A DNA stretch of 64,000 nt from Vulcanimicrobiota bacterium. Lineage in GTDB: Bacteria > Vulcanimicrobiota > Xenobia > Xenobiales > JADMJV01. The DNA lies in the NCBI GenBank assembly GCA_050250895.1, contig JBFWNU010000009.1, forward strand, positions 1 to 64,000, read 5' to 3'. Under the pieces are notes generated by a model. The model was not told where the DNA came from. It ran no database searches and worked only from the letters and a program-made list of their open reading frames with translations. The position numbers and the translations under genes are program-made. This document shows, piece by piece, positions 9,295 to 18,508 of this stretch (positions are counted from its first letter, which is position 1; every line of letters starts with the position of its first letter).

Positions 9295-11271
9295 ATGAAC
9301 ACGCGCTCGCTTTTGATTTTCTTCTTGCTATTATTGGCCCCCGCCTGGGCCGAGACGGTCCGGTCGGACCACACCGAGGCGGAACTGGTGGCGGAAACCG
9401 TTGCTATCAGCCCCGGCCAGCCCTTCACCGTGGCCCTGCGGCTGAAGATGGACGAACACTGGCACACCTACTGGAAGAACCCCGGTGACTCGGGGTTAGC
9501 CACGGCCATCGAGTGGGACCTCCCGCCTGGCTATGAGGCGGGCCCCATCCAGTGGCCGCGCCCCGAGCGCATCGAGGTCGAGGGTCTGGTCAGCTACGCC
9601 TATGACGGCGAGATCTATCTGTTGACCGAGATCACGCCGCCGGCCGAGGCTTCGGGCCAGGCCACCCTCAAGGCCAAAGCGACCTGGCTCGAGTGTGACA
9701 CCACCTGCATTCCGGGCCAGGCCAGCCTGAGCCTGACCCTGCCGGTGGGCGAGGCGGCTCCGGGCCCGGCCGCCGAGGCCATCGAGGCCACCCGGGCCAA
9801 CCTGCCGGCCGCCCCCCCGGCCAGCTTGAAGGCAGGCTGGGCCGGCAACAAGGTGGCTCTCACGGTGGGCCAGGCCAAAGAGGCGTTCTTTTTCCCTGAC
9901 GAGGCCATGATCATCGCCACCGCCGAGCCGCAAATGCTGGTCGAAGGCCGGCTGATGCTGGTGCCCGAGCCGCTGGCCAAGACCAAACCCGAGCGCCTGG
10001 TGGGAACGCTGGCCGTCGACGACCAGACTTATGCGGTCGACCTTCCCATCGGGGCCAGCGCGGCCGCCCCGCCGGCGGGCGGAAGCCTACCCAAGATGTT
10101 GTTGCTGGCCTTCGTGGGGGGGCTCATCCTCAACCTGATGCCGTGCGTTTTGCCGGTGCTCTCGCTCAAAGTGCTGGGCTTCGTCGAGCAGGCCAACGAA
10201 GAGGGAGGCAAGCCCTTCTTGCATGGACTGGTGTTTAGTCTGGGCGTGCTGCTGTCGTTTCTGGTCATCGCCGGTGCCTTACTGGGATTGCGGGCGGCCG
10301 GGCAAGAGGTGGGCTGGGGCTTTCAGCTCCAGAACCCCATTTTCGTCAGCCTGCTGGCCTTGCTGTTCGTGGCCATCGCCCTCAATCTGTTCGGCGTGTT
10401 CGAGGTGGGTGAAGGCCTGACCACCCTGGGTGACCTGGCCGAGGGCAAGAAGGGCTACAGTAGCTCCTTCACCAGCGGCATCCTGGCCACGCTGGTGGCC
10501 ACTCCGTGCACGGCTCCCTTCATGGGCAGCGCGGTGGGGTTTACCCTGGACAAATCGCCCCTGGTCGCCCTGTCGGTCTTTCTGGCCGTGGGCCTGGGCA
10601 TGGCCAGTCCCTACCTGGTGCTGACCAGTTCGCCGCGGTTGCTTCGCTTCGTGCCTCGGCCCGGGGCCTGGATGGAGACCTTCAAGCAGTTTCTCGCCTT
10701 TCCCATGCTGTTCACCGCCGTCTGGCTGGGCTCGGTGGTGGCCTCGCAAGAGGGCACTGACGGCCTGCTGGCCCTGCTGGTCTCGATGCTGCTGGTGGGC
10801 ATGGCGGCCTGGTGCTTCGGCCGCTGGGGTCAGACCAACCGGGGTCTGGGCATCGGAGGAGCGCTCGCGCTGGTGGCTCTAAGCCTGAGCCTGGTCTTTG
10901 GCCTGGGCGAAAAAGAGGGCGGCATCGCCTGGCAGCCCTACGACCCCCAGCTGGTGTCCCAGCTGCATGCCGACGGCAAGCCGGTGTTCATCGATTTCAC
11001 TGCCGACTGGTGCTTGAGCTGCAAAGCCAACGAGAAGGTAGCCCTGTCGGGCTCGAAGGTCAAGCAACGCTTTGAAGAGCTGGGTATCACCACCATGAAG
11101 GCGGATTGGACCAGCCGCGACGAGACCATCACCCAGGCGCTGGCGAGTTTTGGTCGAAATGGTGTCCCGTTGTATGTTCTATACCCCGGGGGCGGAGCGG
11201 ATCCGATGATCCTGCCCGAGGTTCTGCTGCCGACCACCGTGCTCGAGGCGCTCGACAAAGTTGAAGGTTGA
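9295..11271 (+). CDS. dsbD: Thiol:disulfide interchange protein, DsbD family
   Basis: Signal peptide; WHTYWKNPGDSG N-terminal domain with CDTTC; TM domain with NLMPCVLP and ATPCTAP; thioredoxin motif ADWCLSC. Confidence 0.9.
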   Translation: MNTRSLLIFFLLLLAPAWAETVRSDHTEAELVAETVAISPGQPFTVALRLKMDEHWHTYWKNPGDSGLATAIEWDLPPGYEAGPIQWPRPERIEVEGLVSYAYDGEIYLLTEITPPAEASGQATLKAKATWLECDTTCIPGQASLSLTLPVGEAAPGPAAEAIEATRANLPAAPPASLKAGWAGNKVALTVGQAKEAFFFPDEAMIIATAEPQMLVEGRLMLVPEPLAKTKPERLVGTLAVDDQTYAVDLPIGASAAAPPAGGSLPKMLLLAFVGGLILNLMPCVLPVLSLKVLGFVEQANEEGGKPFLHGLVFSLGVLLSFLVIAGALLGLRAAGQEVGWGFQLQNPIFVSLLALLFVAIALNLFGVFEVGEGLTTLGDLAEGKKGYSSSFTSGILATLVATPCTAPFMGSAVGFTLDKSPLVALSVFLAVGLGMASPYLVLTSSPRLLRFVPRPGAWMETFKQFLAFPMLFTAVWLGSVVASQEGTDGLLALLVSMLLVGMAAWCFGRWGQTNRGLGIGGALALVALSLSLVFGLGEKEGGIAWQPYDPQLVSQLHADGKPVFIDFTADWCLSCKANEKVALSGSKVKQRFEELGITTMKADWTSRDETITQALASFGRNGVPLYVLYPGGGADPMILPEVLLPTTVLEALDKVEG

Positions 11272-12877
11272 AGCAACCACCCAGTCTCGACTGGAAGAAG
11301 AGATCGCTGTGCTACGCGACCACCGCCAGAAATGGCTCGAGGTGGGCACGTCGCGCCGGGTTCTCTATGTCGAGACGTGTCGGCAGGCGCTCCGCCGCCT
11401 CTCTTCGCGCTGGGCGAACACGGCCGCCCTGGCCAAGGGGCTGGCCGAAGATTCACCGCTGGTGGGCGAAGAGTGGATGCTGGGTCCTCTCATCGTGGCC
11501 CGAGGCTTGCGCCTGCTCGAACGCGCCCTGCTGGCTCGGGGTCGACCCTTTCCGGTCTACATCCACCGCCGCATCGACGGCACCGATATTGTGAGGGTCT
11601 TCCCCGACGGCTTGCTCGAAACCGCTCTCTGGCTGGGTATGAGCGCCGACGTGTGGGTGCGCGGCAAGACTACCCAGGGCCGAGAGTACCAAGCAAGCTT
11701 CGAGGTGGAGCCCCGGGTCAGCCTGGTCCTGGGAGCGGGCAACGTGTCCTCCATCGCGGCCACCGACATGCTGCACAAGTTGTTCGTCGAGAACCAGGTG
11801 GTGCTGCTCAAGATGAACCCCGTCAACGAATATCTCGGGCCCATCCTGGAAGAGGTCTTCTATCCCCTCATCCGCGATGGCTTCTTGCGCATCGTCTATG
11901 GAGGCGCCGACATCGGCCAGGCGGCCTGCGCCCATCCGGACATCGACACCATCCACATCACCGGCTCCGAGCACACTTTCGCAGCCATCCACTCGGCCGT
12001 GGACAAGCCCGTCACCGCCGAGTTGGGCTGTGTTTCACCGGTGCTGGTCGTGCCCGGCCCGTGGAGCGCCCGCGAGGTCAAGTTCCAGGCCACCCACCTG
12101 GCTGGCATCATGGCCATGAACGCGGGTTGCAACTGCGTGGCCCCCCAGGTGATCGTGATGGCCCGGGGCTGGAGCCAGCGCGAAGCCTTCCTCGGCGCTT
12201 TGCGCAAGGCCATCTCCGAACTGCCTCAGCGCGAGGCCTATTACCCCGGCGCAACCCAGCGCCGCGAGAAATTTCTGGCCACCTATCCGCAGGCCGTGAG
12301 CGAGTATGCGCCCTGGACCTTCATCCCCGACGTCGACCCCGACGCGCAACCGATGGTCCTCAAAGAAGAGGCCTTCTGCGGTCTATTGGCCGAGGTCTCG
12401 CTCAAAACCGAGAGTCCTGACGACTTTCTCGATCAGGCTGTCGACTTCGTCAACCAGAAGGTGTGGGGCAATCTGTCGGCCACGATGCTCATCCACACCC
12501 AGACCGAGCGTGCCTTCGAGCGCGTCTTCCATCGGGCCCTGGCCAACCTGCGCTACGGCACCATCGGCGTCAATCTATGGCCCGGCGTGGGTTTCGGCCT
12601 GATGGGACCGCCCTGGGGCGCCTATCCCGATAACACCGTCGAGGATATTCAATCGGGCCTGGGGCATGTCCACAACCTCTACTTCCTTGACCATCCTGAA
12701 AAGACCGTCCTCAGAGGGCCGTTCACCACCCCCTATGTGCCCCCGTGGTTCCCCAACAACCCGAAGCTGGTCAAGACAGCGCAGGCCCTGACGCATTTCG
12801 AACTCGAACCGAGCCTGGCCAATCTGTTCAGGGTCCATCGCGCCATCCTCAGGCAGACCCTGGCGAGGAAGCAGTAA
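11261..12877 (+). CDS. Aldehyde dehydrogenase family protein
   Basis: LGAGN, HITGS, AELGCVSP, NAGCNC and EEAFC motifs. Confidence 0.85.
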   Translation: MKVEATTQSRLEEEIAVLRDHRQKWLEVGTSRRVLYVETCRQALRRLSSRWANTAALAKGLAEDSPLVGEEWMLGPLIVARGLRLLERALLARGRPFPVYIHRRIDGTDIVRVFPDGLLETALWLGMSADVWVRGKTTQGREYQASFEVEPRVSLVLGAGNVSSIAATDMLHKLFVENQVVLLKMNPVNEYLGPILEEVFYPLIRDGFLRIVYGGADIGQAACAHPDIDTIHITGSEHTFAAIHSAVDKPVTAELGCVSPVLVVPGPWSAREVKFQATHLAGIMAMNAGCNCVAPQVIVMARGWSQREAFLGALRKAISELPQREAYYPGATQRREKFLATYPQAVSEYAPWTFIPDVDPDAQPMVLKEEAFCGLLAEVSLKTESPDDFLDQAVDFVNQKVWGNLSATMLIHTQTERAFERVFHRALANLRYGTIGVNLWPGVGFGLMGPPWGAYPDNTVEDIQSGLGHVHNLYFLDHPEKTVLRGPFTTPYVPPWFPNNPKLVKTAQALTHFELEPSLANLFRVHRAILRQTLARKQ

Positions 12878-13654
12878 TTGGCCTTTCCCATCGGCGGACC
12901 GACTCCGCCGGGTCGGCGGCCTCCCCAGCCGCTGACGGGCCAGCCTCCTCAGCCCGAAGTCGAGAAAGCCCTCACCGACCGCTTCGAGCGAACCGGCTGG
13001 ATGTATTCCCCCTCCGGGGGCCCGCCCGGCAAACTGCCTTCCGAGAGGGATCTGCTCAAGCGTCGTCGCCCCCCGCCGCCAAGCCAACCAAAGGCTACCA
13101 AGCCTCCCGAGATTCTCAAGAAGAAGGCCAACGACAAGGTGCACGCCCTGTCGCTGCAATGCAGTGGCAAAGAGTGTCCCGACGACGACGACTACCTGGA
13201 GGGGCGAGCCCCGCCCCGGCCGGCCCAGGCCTTCGACCCGGACGTGCGGACCGAGGTGCGCAAACTACTGGCCAGCTTCTCGCCCTATGTGCTCGACTTC
13301 TGCCGCCAGGCCGGCGTCACCATCCGGGTCGGACCCTTCGATGAGACGACCTATAACCAGGCCGAGAAGCGGATCGAGGTGCCCGAAGGCGGCTTTCGCG
13401 TCGATCAGGTGTTAGAGGCCATGGCTCGCTCGTTCGACCACGCCCTGGGCGGCGAGGACTTCGCCAGTCGGTTTGCTCTGGCCGTCACCAGCGCGCGCAC
13501 CGACTCCGAGGGCACCAACATGGACTTCTTCGCCCGCGCCTGTGTGGGCTACTATCGTGACCCCGAAGGCCTGCGGCGCGAGCACCCCGGAATGTTCGCC
13601 TATCTACAGCACCTCGAAGCGCGTTTTGCCGGGGCCCACCCAGATCTTCTCTGA
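12878..13654 (+). CDS. Hypothetical protein: Pro-rich N-terminus plus a degenerate anthrax-LF/PPEP-like zincin domain
   Basis: The C-terminus aligns by eye with 60810-61844, but HEIGH is replaced by EAMAR and EYLAE by DFFAR. Confidence 0.65.
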   Translation: MAFPIGGPTPPGRRPPQPLTGQPPQPEVEKALTDRFERTGWMYSPSGGPPGKLPSERDLLKRRRPPPPSQPKATKPPEILKKKANDKVHALSLQCSGKECPDDDDYLEGRAPPRPAQAFDPDVRTEVRKLLASFSPYVLDFCRQAGVTIRVGPFDETTYNQAEKRIEVPEGGFRVDQVLEAMARSFDHALGGEDFASRFALAVTSARTDSEGTNMDFFARACVGYYRDPEGLRREHPGMFAYLQHLEARFAGAHPDLL

Positions 13655-13697
13655 GTGCAACCTTGACCGGGCCCTCCCTTTGCGGGAAGGTAGGAGT

Positions 13698-16178
13698 ATG
13701 GATGGTATCCGCTCCAGTCAGCTTCTCTCACGCCCCCCCGAACGGGTCGACCGAGCCCAACAGGCCATCGACTCCCAGCGCCTGCAGCTCCAAGGCTTAT
13801 CGCCCCCCCAACTGGCTCAGCTCCAAGGCTTCACGGCCGGAGCGCTCGGCGATATCGGGAAGCTGAAGAACGGCCTCGATCTCCCCCCGTTACCGCCTCC
13901 TCTTCCTCCCCCACCCCCGCATGACGAGGCCTGGCTGCGCCAGCAGCTGGGTTGCAATCCTCAGGCCCTGGAAGCGTTCGAGGCGCTCAGCGACGAGCAG
14001 AAACAAGCTCTGCTGCGACTGACCGACCAGACCGCCCAGCCCGGCCAAAACGCACTGCACCCCAATCTGGCCCGGCTTCTGGCCGAAGGTAAACTGACCC
14101 AGACCGATAGCCAGGGCAAGAGCCTGCTCGACAATCTCTCGGCCCTGACCAGCCAGCCCCGAGCCGAAGGTCTCGATGGGCGGGCCGTATTGCAAGAGAC
14201 TCTGACCGCTCTCGGACCCTCGCTCAACATGGGCACTCCCAGCGAGCAACTGGCCAACCGCAACCCGGCCGAATACGCCCGCCTGGTGGCCGGCCTGACC
14301 TCGCCCGAGGGCAAGGTCACGCTGGCCGGTGGCCAGACCCTGCAGCGACCCGACCAGCTGCCCCCAGCCAACCCGTTTTTCTCGCGCTCGGGCCAGATCC
14401 TCGAGGCCAGCCTGCGGTCGGCCGCCACGGCCGCCCGCCCTGACGAGCAGCAGCGGGCCCAGCGCATCGAAGACAGCTTGCGCTCCAACCCCGAGGTCTG
14501 GCAGAAGTACCAATCGCTGCCGCCCGAACAACGACGCCAATTCGCAGCTCTGCTCGATTCGGACTATTACCAGGATCAGGTGACCCAGGCCGGGCAGCTC
14601 GGAGTCGACCCGCCTTCGGCCAACCCGGCCCTGATCAGCCTGCTGATGAGCGACAAGCTGACCAGCACCGACAGCCGCGGCAACAGTCTGCTCGACAACC
14701 TGACGGCCTTACGCAGCCAGCAGCCGGGCCAGGGCTTCGACTCAGAGTTGCTCTTCCAGGAAGTGGTGAATCGGCTCGCCTTTCCCATTCGCGGTGGTAT
14801 CTTCGGAGGCAAGATCGAAACTGGCCCCCTCGACCGGCTGGCCCAGGAACAACCTTCCGAGTTCGTCCGCCTGGCAGCCGGCCTGGGCGGCTCCGAAGGC
14901 AAGGTCGAATTGGCCAACGGCGACACGGTCGAGGTGGGCCCGAACAACCCGTTGGGAGGCTTCGGCGGCGCGAGCAGCGGGCTCTTTCGCATCCAGCAAA
15001 GCCTCGAGAACCATGGCCTCAACGCGCCACCCAGCCAGGCTCAACTCGACGGACTGCGCCAGGCTATCGAGGCCGATCCCAAGAGCGCCGAGGCGTTCGC
15101 CAAACTCTCGCCCGAGCAGCAAGAGAAGTTCTTGCGGCTGGCGGCCCGCACTCCGGCCTCGCGCCAGGACAATCTGACTTCAGCCCTGGGCCTGCCGGCC
15201 CACCGGCCGGCCACGCTACCGCCCGACTTGATGGCTCTGCTCAAAGACGGCAAGATGAGCCCGGAGTTGCTCGAGAACCTCGGCGCCATCGGCTCGGATG
15301 CGGCCCTGGGCGACACCCTGCGGGTACTGGCCCACCCCGATCAGCCGGGTGACGGTTGGCAATCGAGCGAAATCCTCCGGCTGGCCCGCGAGAACCCGGC
15401 CGAATACGCTCGCCTCGTTTCCCAACTGCCCGCCGACGATCCCCGGCCCCCGGCCGAACAGCTGCGAAGGGCCAAGCTGCAGAGCGCCCTGGAGCGCTCT
15501 GAAACGATCTCGATCACCAACTCGGCGGGCGAGTCGGTCGAGGTGCGGCTCAGCGAAACCGGCAGCCAGAACGATAAGCGGGTCTTCCAGATCCAGATGG
15601 GACGCCACTCGCTGACAGTCAAGATACCCGAAGGCCAGGACCCCATCGAGGTGTTGGGCCGGCTGGTCGACTACTGGAGCCAGATCCCCGAGCACCTGCG
15701 CGGCCAGGCCCAGACGGTCATCATCGAGAACGGCCGCAATCCGGCCGACGCCAGCTGGGCCGAGACTTACGGCATTCCTGGCTTCACTTCGGCGGCTACG
15801 GCCGGCGGCGGCACCATTACCTTCTGGAACGGCGTGGGTAACCTCACCGAGCAGACCTTCAACCACGAGATGGGACACCTCATCGGGGAGCGGCGCACCC
15901 CGGCCGAGCGCCAGCTAGAACAGCAATTCGGGCCCTGGGGTCGTTGGCCCCGCGGCTGGGAACAGGCTGCCCAGGCTGATGGCAACCACGTCAGCGAATA
16001 CGCGACCCACGCCACCGCAGAGGACTTCGCCGAATCGTGGGCGCACTATCTCGAAGCGCGAGAGCAAGGCCGCGAGGCCCTGCGCGAGTTCAGGCTGCGC
16101 TATCCCCATCGGGCCGCCTATCTCGACGCCATCTACGAGAACCGGCCCTTACCAGAACCGGCGAGGAAACAGCCATGA
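13698..16178 (+). CDS. Repeat-containing protein with a C-terminal zincin metallopeptidase domain (826 aa)
   Basis: AGGAG before ATG 13698; three internal repeats (GKLTxTDSxGxSLLDNL...EYARLVAGL); FNHEMGH...EDFAES. Confidence 0.8.
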   Translation: MDGIRSSQLLSRPPERVDRAQQAIDSQRLQLQGLSPPQLAQLQGFTAGALGDIGKLKNGLDLPPLPPPLPPPPPHDEAWLRQQLGCNPQALEAFEALSDEQKQALLRLTDQTAQPGQNALHPNLARLLAEGKLTQTDSQGKSLLDNLSALTSQPRAEGLDGRAVLQETLTALGPSLNMGTPSEQLANRNPAEYARLVAGLTSPEGKVTLAGGQTLQRPDQLPPANPFFSRSGQILEASLRSAATAARPDEQQRAQRIEDSLRSNPEVWQKYQSLPPEQRRQFAALLDSDYYQDQVTQAGQLGVDPPSANPALISLLMSDKLTSTDSRGNSLLDNLTALRSQQPGQGFDSELLFQEVVNRLAFPIRGGIFGGKIETGPLDRLAQEQPSEFVRLAAGLGGSEGKVELANGDTVEVGPNNPLGGFGGASSGLFRIQQSLENHGLNAPPSQAQLDGLRQAIEADPKSAEAFAKLSPEQQEKFLRLAARTPASRQDNLTSALGLPAHRPATLPPDLMALLKDGKMSPELLENLGAIGSDAALGDTLRVLAHPDQPGDGWQSSEILRLARENPAEYARLVSQLPADDPRPPAEQLRRAKLQSALERSETISITNSAGESVEVRLSETGSQNDKRVFQIQMGRHSLTVKIPEGQDPIEVLGRLVDYWSQIPEHLRGQAQTVIIENGRNPADASWAETYGIPGFTSAATAGGGTITFWNGVGNLTEQTFNHEMGHLIGERRTPAERQLEQQFGPWGRWPRGWEQAAQADGNHVSEYATHATAEDFAESWAHYLEAREQGREALREFRLRYPHRAAYLDAIYENRPLPEPARKQP

Positions 16179-16456
16179 AAATGATCGAATTTATCGACGG
16201 CAACACCAACGAAGTAGTCGCCCGGCGCCCCTTCGACGAAGTGCCTGCGGCCAACCGCGAGGTTTATCTACGGGATGGAATCCAGGTGCAAGACAAGGCC
16301 GAAAGCGACGAGGTCGTGCCCATCGCTCGGGTGGTTAAACTGGCCCTCGACGCGGCCGGCAACCCGGCTCCCATCAACGAGGCCGTCAAGGTCCTCATTC
16401 AGGAGTACGACGAAGCCGGCGTCATGCGCCGCGAGACCCTCATGCTCCGCAGCTAG
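16175..16456 (+). CDS. Small hypothetical protein (93 aa), translationally coupled to the upstream peptidase
   Basis: ATGA overlap with the upstream stop; GAGG RBS. Confidence 0.75.
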   Translation: MKMIEFIDGNTNEVVARRPFDEVPAANREVYLRDGIQVQDKAESDEVVPIARVVKLALDAAGNPAPINEAVKVLIQEYDEAGVMRRETLMLRS

Positions 16457-16911
16457 CGTTTAGCAGCGATGTTGCCGGCGAACTTAAAGCCCGAGCTGGC
16501 GGCCTCTTCGCTGGCATCGACCAGGTAGCCCTCCACCGACAGACCGCCCTGGTTCTTGACCAGACCCAGCAAATCGGCGGTGGTCTTGGTGTCGGTGGCC
16601 GTCAGGTGGGCGAAGACGATCTCGTCGGGAGCCTCGCGGCTGGTGTAGGCCAGCGACATCTCCGTGTCGGTGGCTTCGAAGTAGATGACGGTGTCGCCGG
16701 TGTCGACCTTACCAGGCTCACCCATGGCCTGGTCCATCCCTTCCACTTCATCCAGCGCCGTCGGCAAGGTCATCAGCGCTACGGTGGTGGCGACGCTATC
16801 GGCCTCTTCGGGCGTGGCCGCCTCGGGGCTGGTGCCCTCGATGGCGCGCTGGTCTTGGAAACCGCGAGCGGGCGTCTGGGCCCACTTTGGAAGATTTGAA
16901 ATGACGTTCAT
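16453..16911 (-). CDS. Hypothetical acidic protein (152 aa)
   Basis: GGAG RBS before ATG 16911; shares an LDxxxGxD...G motif with 25427-25945. Confidence 0.75.
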   Translation of the reverse strand: MNVISNLPKWAQTPARGFQDQRAIEGTSPEAATPEEADSVATTVALMTLPTALDEVEGMDQAMGEPGKVDTGDTVIYFEATDTEMSLAYTSREAPDEIVFAHLTATDTKTTADLLGLVKNQGGLSVEGYLVDASEEAASSGFKFAGNIAAKR

Positions 16912-16936
16912 AGTTGCTCCCCTCCCTGATGAAGGG

Positions 16937-16980
16937 AGCCTATCGCCCGCGCCTGCCCTCAATTGTTGCCTGGATGTGAA
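16937..16980 (-). promoter_or_regulatory. Direct-repeat box promoter (class N22)
   Basis: Minus strand reads TTCAC-ATCCAG-GCAAC-N22-TAGGCT. Confidence 0.55.
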
Positions 16981-17022
16981 TGGCCGGACTTTTAACGCAG
17001 CCTTGACGATCGCCATTTTCGC

Positions 17023-17054
17023 TTAACGCTCTTGTGACGCCGGGGCGGTAAAGT
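17023..17054 (+). promoter_or_regulatory. Direct-repeat box promoter (class N10) for the sRNA candidate
   Basis: TTAAC-GCTCTT-GTGAC-N10-TAAAGT; a second box pair TTAAC-N6-TTGAC lies at 16992-17007. Confidence 0.5.
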
Positions 17055-17060
17055 TTCCTC

Positions 17061-17113
17061 AGTGAGATGAGCAATGGTTGGACCTAACGCCCCGGCGAAA
17101 GCCGGGGCTTTTT
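17061..17113 (+). ncRNA. Candidate ~55-nt small RNA
   Basis: Plus-strand promoter and a plus-oriented terminator lie between two minus-strand genes, with no plus-strand CDS other than a 6-codon MSNGWT ORF. Confidence 0.45.
17089..17113 (+). terminator. Rho-independent terminator
   Basis: GCCCCGGC-GAAA-GCCGGGGC-TTTTT. Confidence 0.85.
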
Positions 17114-17152
17114 CTTTGTCCGAGCCTTTCTGCGACCAGGCCGGAAAGGCTG

Positions 17153-18349
17153 TCAGACTGTTCGGGCCCGCTCGATCACGGCGTCGATGAAGACCAGATC
17201 TGCGCGCGCGACGCTGGTGGCGATGGGCTCGATCTGTTCCTCCGGGGGTTGATAGCTGCGTCCCACTTCCAGGGTGAAATTCAATACGCCGTTGGCATAG
17301 AGCACGTCGTCCGAACTGCCGGAGTTAGGATAGAGGGCAGAACTCTGCATCACCTTGAACGGTGTGGTTCCATCCGAGGCCAGAGCCTGGTTCATTCGCT
17401 CTCCCAGGGCGTGCAAGGCCTCGGCATGCGGAGCCGCGTCGGTCGTATGGCTCCAGGGATAGAGGATCATCTCGCCATAGCCGTGATGGTCGAGAACACC
17501 CTGCACGTTACCTCGGCCGAGCTCCAGGCCCAGCAAGGCCTGGACCTCGGGCTCAGAATTACCCGAAGGTCCGCGATAGTGGGGGGAGTGTGGATCGTCC
17601 GAGGTATGGTTCACGTCGTCCGCGGTCGAACAGGGCGTGTCGTGCGGCGGGCGATACATTGCCTGGTCGGCCGTGCGAGGCGATAGGTAGTTGCGATTGA
17701 GATCGGTCCCGATCGCGTCGGTGGGCTGGCGGCAGGCGGTGGTGCCCACCGGCCGTCGGTTCTTCTTCCACATGTTGTCTTCGTTGCGACTAAATTCATA
17801 CCCGTCGGGATTGACCACGGGCACCACCCAGATCTCGGCCTGTTCGACCCGCGCTCGCATGGCCGGGTCGTGGGCGTAGCCTTCGAGCAATTGCTGAGCC
17901 ACCTTCAGCGGCGGTTGAAGCGACATCCATTCGCGGGCGTGATGAACCCCCGTGAGCACCACCCCGGGGCGAGCGGAGGTGTCTTTATGGCTGGCGCCCT
18001 CACTGATCTTGAGGGCCCAGATGTCACGACCCTCGGCGCTCTGGCCCAGGCTGACCCGTTGAGCCAGAGCTGGGTAGGCGCGCTCGAGGTCGGCCAGCCG
18101 CTGGCCCACCTCTTGACCGGAAGGATAGCTTTCGGCCACCGGGTTGGGCGATTTGCGCAAGTGGAAGCCGAACTCGTCCACGAGCCGCCTGGCATCGTGG
18201 CGGCGCTCGTCGTTTGCCCCCAGATGGCCAAGAATCTCGCCCTCGTCGAGCAGTCCGTCACCATCGCTGTCGAGCTGGGCGGCCTCGGTCGCCCGCTGCG
18301 GATGCACAGGGCTTATCCGGCCGCCACTGGTCGTCGAAATTGCATTCAC
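17153..18349 (-). CDS. M14 zinc carboxypeptidase (carboxypeptidase T-like) with an N-terminal EF-hand-like loop
   Basis: HHAREW, VNPDG, KKNRR, DLNRN, DHHGYG and catalytic LEV motifs; DSDGDGLLDEGE loop; no Sec signal. Confidence 0.92.
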   Translation of the reverse strand: MNAISTTSGGRISPVHPQRATEAAQLDSDGDGLLDEGEILGHLGANDERRHDARRLVDEFGFHLRKSPNPVAESYPSGQEVGQRLADLERAYPALAQRVSLGQSAEGRDIWALKISEGASHKDTSARPGVVLTGVHHAREWMSLQPPLKVAQQLLEGYAHDPAMRARVEQAEIWVVPVVNPDGYEFSRNEDNMWKKNRRPVGTTACRQPTDAIGTDLNRNYLSPRTADQAMYRPPHDTPCSTADDVNHTSDDPHSPHYRGPSGNSEPEVQALLGLELGRGNVQGVLDHHGYGEMILYPWSHTTDAAPHAEALHALGERMNQALASDGTTPFKVMQSSALYPNSGSSDDVLYANGVLNFTLEVGRSYQPPEEQIEPIATSVARADLVFIDAVIERARTV

Positions 18350-18355
18350 GCCGGC

Positions 18356-18399
18356 ATCCTACTGTCAGAGCCGAGACGAAAGTGTTGCCTGCTTGTGAA
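18356..18399 (-). promoter_or_regulatory. Direct-repeat box promoter (class N22), leaderless start
   Basis: Minus strand reads TTCAC-AAGCAG-GCAAC-N22-TAGGAT-N6-GTG. Confidence 0.55.
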
Positions 18400-18459
18400 G
18401 CTTGGGCCGTCAGGTCCACCCGGTGTCCTTCCGTTTCAGGCCCATCCCGGCCACCTCCA

Positions 18460-18491
18460 TTCACACTTCTTTCAGGGTTCTCCAATAGACT
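18460..18491 (+). promoter_or_regulatory. Direct-repeat box promoter (class N10)
   Basis: TTCAC-ACTTCT-TTCAG-N10-TAGACT. Confidence 0.5.
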
Positions 18492-18508
18492 ACACCCAGG
18501 AGAATGTG

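Noticed and set aside
13473-13697. N-terminal extensions given by the ORF track (also 17870, 24431, 49734, 58849, 62525 and 63151)
   Set aside because: They overlap neighbouring genes; downstream starts with an RBS, signal peptide or domain boundary fit better.
17038-17108. Attenuator or riboswitch from alternative pairing of CGCCGGGGCG (17038-17047) with the terminator 5' arm
   Set aside because: The upstream copy lies within the predicted promoter spacer, before the TSS, and no plus-strand gene follows; it cannot be fully excluded for the minus-strand transcript.
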